Below are positions 61,701 through 64,000 of a stretch of DNA of 64,000 bases, one piece after another (the stretch's first letter is position 1; each line of letters opens with the position of its first letter). This DNA comes from Eledone cirrhosa (taxonomy: Eukaryota). The translations under genes and the position numbers were made by a program. Location: assembly GCA_964016885.1 (NCBI GenBank), contig OZ024744.1:74152001-74216000 (forward strand). The letters run 5' to 3'. Below the pieces are notes generated by a model that was given only the letters and a program-made list of their open reading frames with translations, searched no databases and was not told where the DNA came from.

Positions 61701-64000
61701 CATCACAATCACCATTCACATATCAACCATGCAAGACTCTAGATAGTTGAGATGGATTAGCTGCCAAACCATCACAATCACCATTCATGTATCAACCATG
61801 CTAGAGTCTAGCTAGTTGAGATGGTATAGCTGCTAAACAATCACAATCATCAATCACATATCAACCATGCTAGAGTCTAGCTAGTTGAGACGGTATAGCT
61901 GCCAAACCATCACAATCACAATTCACATATCAACCATGCTAGAGTCTAGCTAGTTGAGATGGTATAGCTGCTAAACCACCACAATCACCATTCATATATC
62001 AACCATGCTAGAATCTAGCTAGTTGAGATGGTATATCTTCTAAACCATCACAATCACTATTCACATATCAACCATGCAAGTGTCTAACTAGTTGAGATGG
62101 TATAGCTGCTAAACCACCACAATCACTATTCACATTTCAACCATGCTAGAGTATAGGTAATTGAGATGGTATAGCTGCTAACCCATCACATTCACCTTTC
62201 ATATATCAACCATGCTAAAGTCTAGCTAGTTGAGATGGTATAGCGGCTAAACCATCACAATCAACATTCATATATGAACCATGCTAGAATCTATCTAGAT
62301 GAGATGGTATATCTGCTAAACCATCACATTCACTATTCACATATCAACCTTGCTAGAGTCTAGCTAGTTGAGATGGTATAGCTGCTAAATCATCACAATC
62401 ACCATTCACATAATAACCATGCTAGAGTCTAGCTAGTTGAGATGTTATAGCTGCTAAACCATCACAATCACCTTTCACATTTCAACCATGCTAGAGTGTA
62501 TCTAGTTGGGATGGTATAGCTACTAAACAATAACAATCTCCATTCACATATCAACCATGCTAGAGCCTAGCTAGTTGAGATGGTATAGCTACTAAACCAT
62601 CACAATCATCATTCACATTTCAACCAAGCTAGAGTCTAGCTAGTTGAGATGGTATAGCTGCTAAACCATCACAATCACCATGCACATATCAACCATGCTA
62701 GAATCTAGCGAGTTGAGATGGTATATCTTCTAAACCATCACAATGACTATTCATATATGAACCATGCTAGAGGCTATCTAGATGAGATGGTATAGCTGCT
62801 AAACCATCACATTCACTATTCACATATCAACCGTGCTAGAGTCTAGCTAGTTGAGATGGTATAGCTGCTAAAGCATCACAATCACCATTCACATAATAAC
62901 CATGCTTGAGTCTAGCTAGTTGAGATGGTATAGCTGCTAAACCATCACAATCACCTTTCACATTTCACCCATGCTAGAGTGTATCTAGTTGGGATGGTAT
63001 AGCTACTAAACAATAACAATCTCCATTCACATATCAACCATGCTAGAGTCTAGCTAGTTGAGATGGTATAGCTACTAAACCATCACAATCATCATTCACA
63101 TTTCAACCAAGCTAGAGTCTAGCTAGTTGAGATGGTATAGCTGCTAAACCATCACAATCACCATGCACATATCAACCATGCTAGAGTCTAATTAGTTGAG
63201 ATGATATAGCTACTAAACCATCACAATCACCATTCACATTTCAACCATGTTAGAGTCTAGCTAGTTGAGATGGTATAGCTGCTAAACCATCACAATCACT
63301 ATTCATATATCAACCATGTTAGAGTCTAGCTAGTTAAGATGGTATAGCTGCTAAACCATCACAATCACTATTCATATATCAACCATGCTAGACTCTAGAT
63401 AGTTGAGATGGATTAGCTGCTAAACAATCACAATCACCATTCACGTATCAACCATGATAGAGTCTAGCAAGTTGAGATGGTATAGATGCTAAACCACCAC
63501 AATCACTATTCACGTTTCAACCAAACTAGAGACTAGGTAGTTGAGATGGTATAGCTGTTAAACCATCACAATCACTATTCACATATCAACCATGCTAGAG
63601 TCTAGATAGTTGAGATGGTATAGCTGCTAAACCATCACAATCACCATTCACATTTAAACCATGCTAGAGTATAGCTAGTTCAGATTGTATAGCTGCTAAA
63701 CCATCAGAATCAACATTCATATATCAACGATGCTAGACTCTAGCTAGTGGAGATGGTATAGCTGCTAAACCACCACAATCACTATTCACATTTCAACCAT
63801 GCTAGAGTCTAGCTAGTTGAGATGGTAAAGCTGCTAAACAATCACAATCACTATTCACATTTCAACTATGATAGAGTCTAGCTAGTTGAGATGGTAGAGC
63901 TGCTAAACCATCACAATCACTATTTATATATCAACCATGCTAGAGTCTAGCTAGTTGAGATGGTATAGCTGCTAAACCATCACAATCACTATTATTATAT
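13746..64000. repeat. 69-bp tandem satellite array, ~730 head-to-tail monomers, running to the window end
   Basis: Consensus AAACCATCACAATCACCATTCACATATCAACCATGCTAGAGTCTAGCTAGTTGAGATGGTATAGCTGCT. Period 69 (gttgagatgg at 14417 and 14486). Mostly substitutions with rare 1-2 bp indels; no insertion or orientation switch noticed. Confidence 0.98.

Noticed and set aside
13746-64000. CRISPR-like array (palindromic repeats at regular spacing)
   Set aside because: There are no unique spacers; the whole 69 bp is repeated. No cas genes are present and the context is eukaryotic retroelements.
13746-64000. Giant repeat protein with a 23-aa period (69 = 23 codons), e.g. His-rich NHHNHHSHINH
   Set aside because: The consensus monomer has stops in all six frames, at least two in each + strand frame, and there is no sign of stop-codon reassignment.

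Overview
Eukaryotic, animal-like repetitive DNA with no host gene; a mollusc such as a cephalopod is a guess from the repeat style only. The first ~12.6 kb is a chain of retroelements joined by microsatellites. (1) A near full-length but disabled R4/Dong-type non-LTR element (RT, CCHC, restriction-like endonuclease; + strand, ~0.7-4.3 kb) with an (AAT)n tail. (2) A 5'-truncated Penelope-like element of Naiad type (- strand, ~4.49-6.85 kb). It has an uninterrupted 372-codon RT-thumb/GIY-YIG frame that the ORF track misses, a perfect 66-bp inverted terminal repeat and a complete type I hammerhead ribozyme motif at its 3' end. (3) A decayed two-ORF L1/Tx1-type element (- strand, ~6.9-12.1 kb). 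(4) A short 3' fragment of the same Dong family. After a CTCF-like motif and a simple-repeat gradient, the remaining ~50 kb (13.75-64 kb) is one head-to-tail 69-bp satellite array of about 730 copies. Its monomer consists of two overlapping dyads, appears to derive by fold-back from the flanking simple repeat, and shows irregular multi-monomer duplications. All alignments, translations and folds were done by eye.
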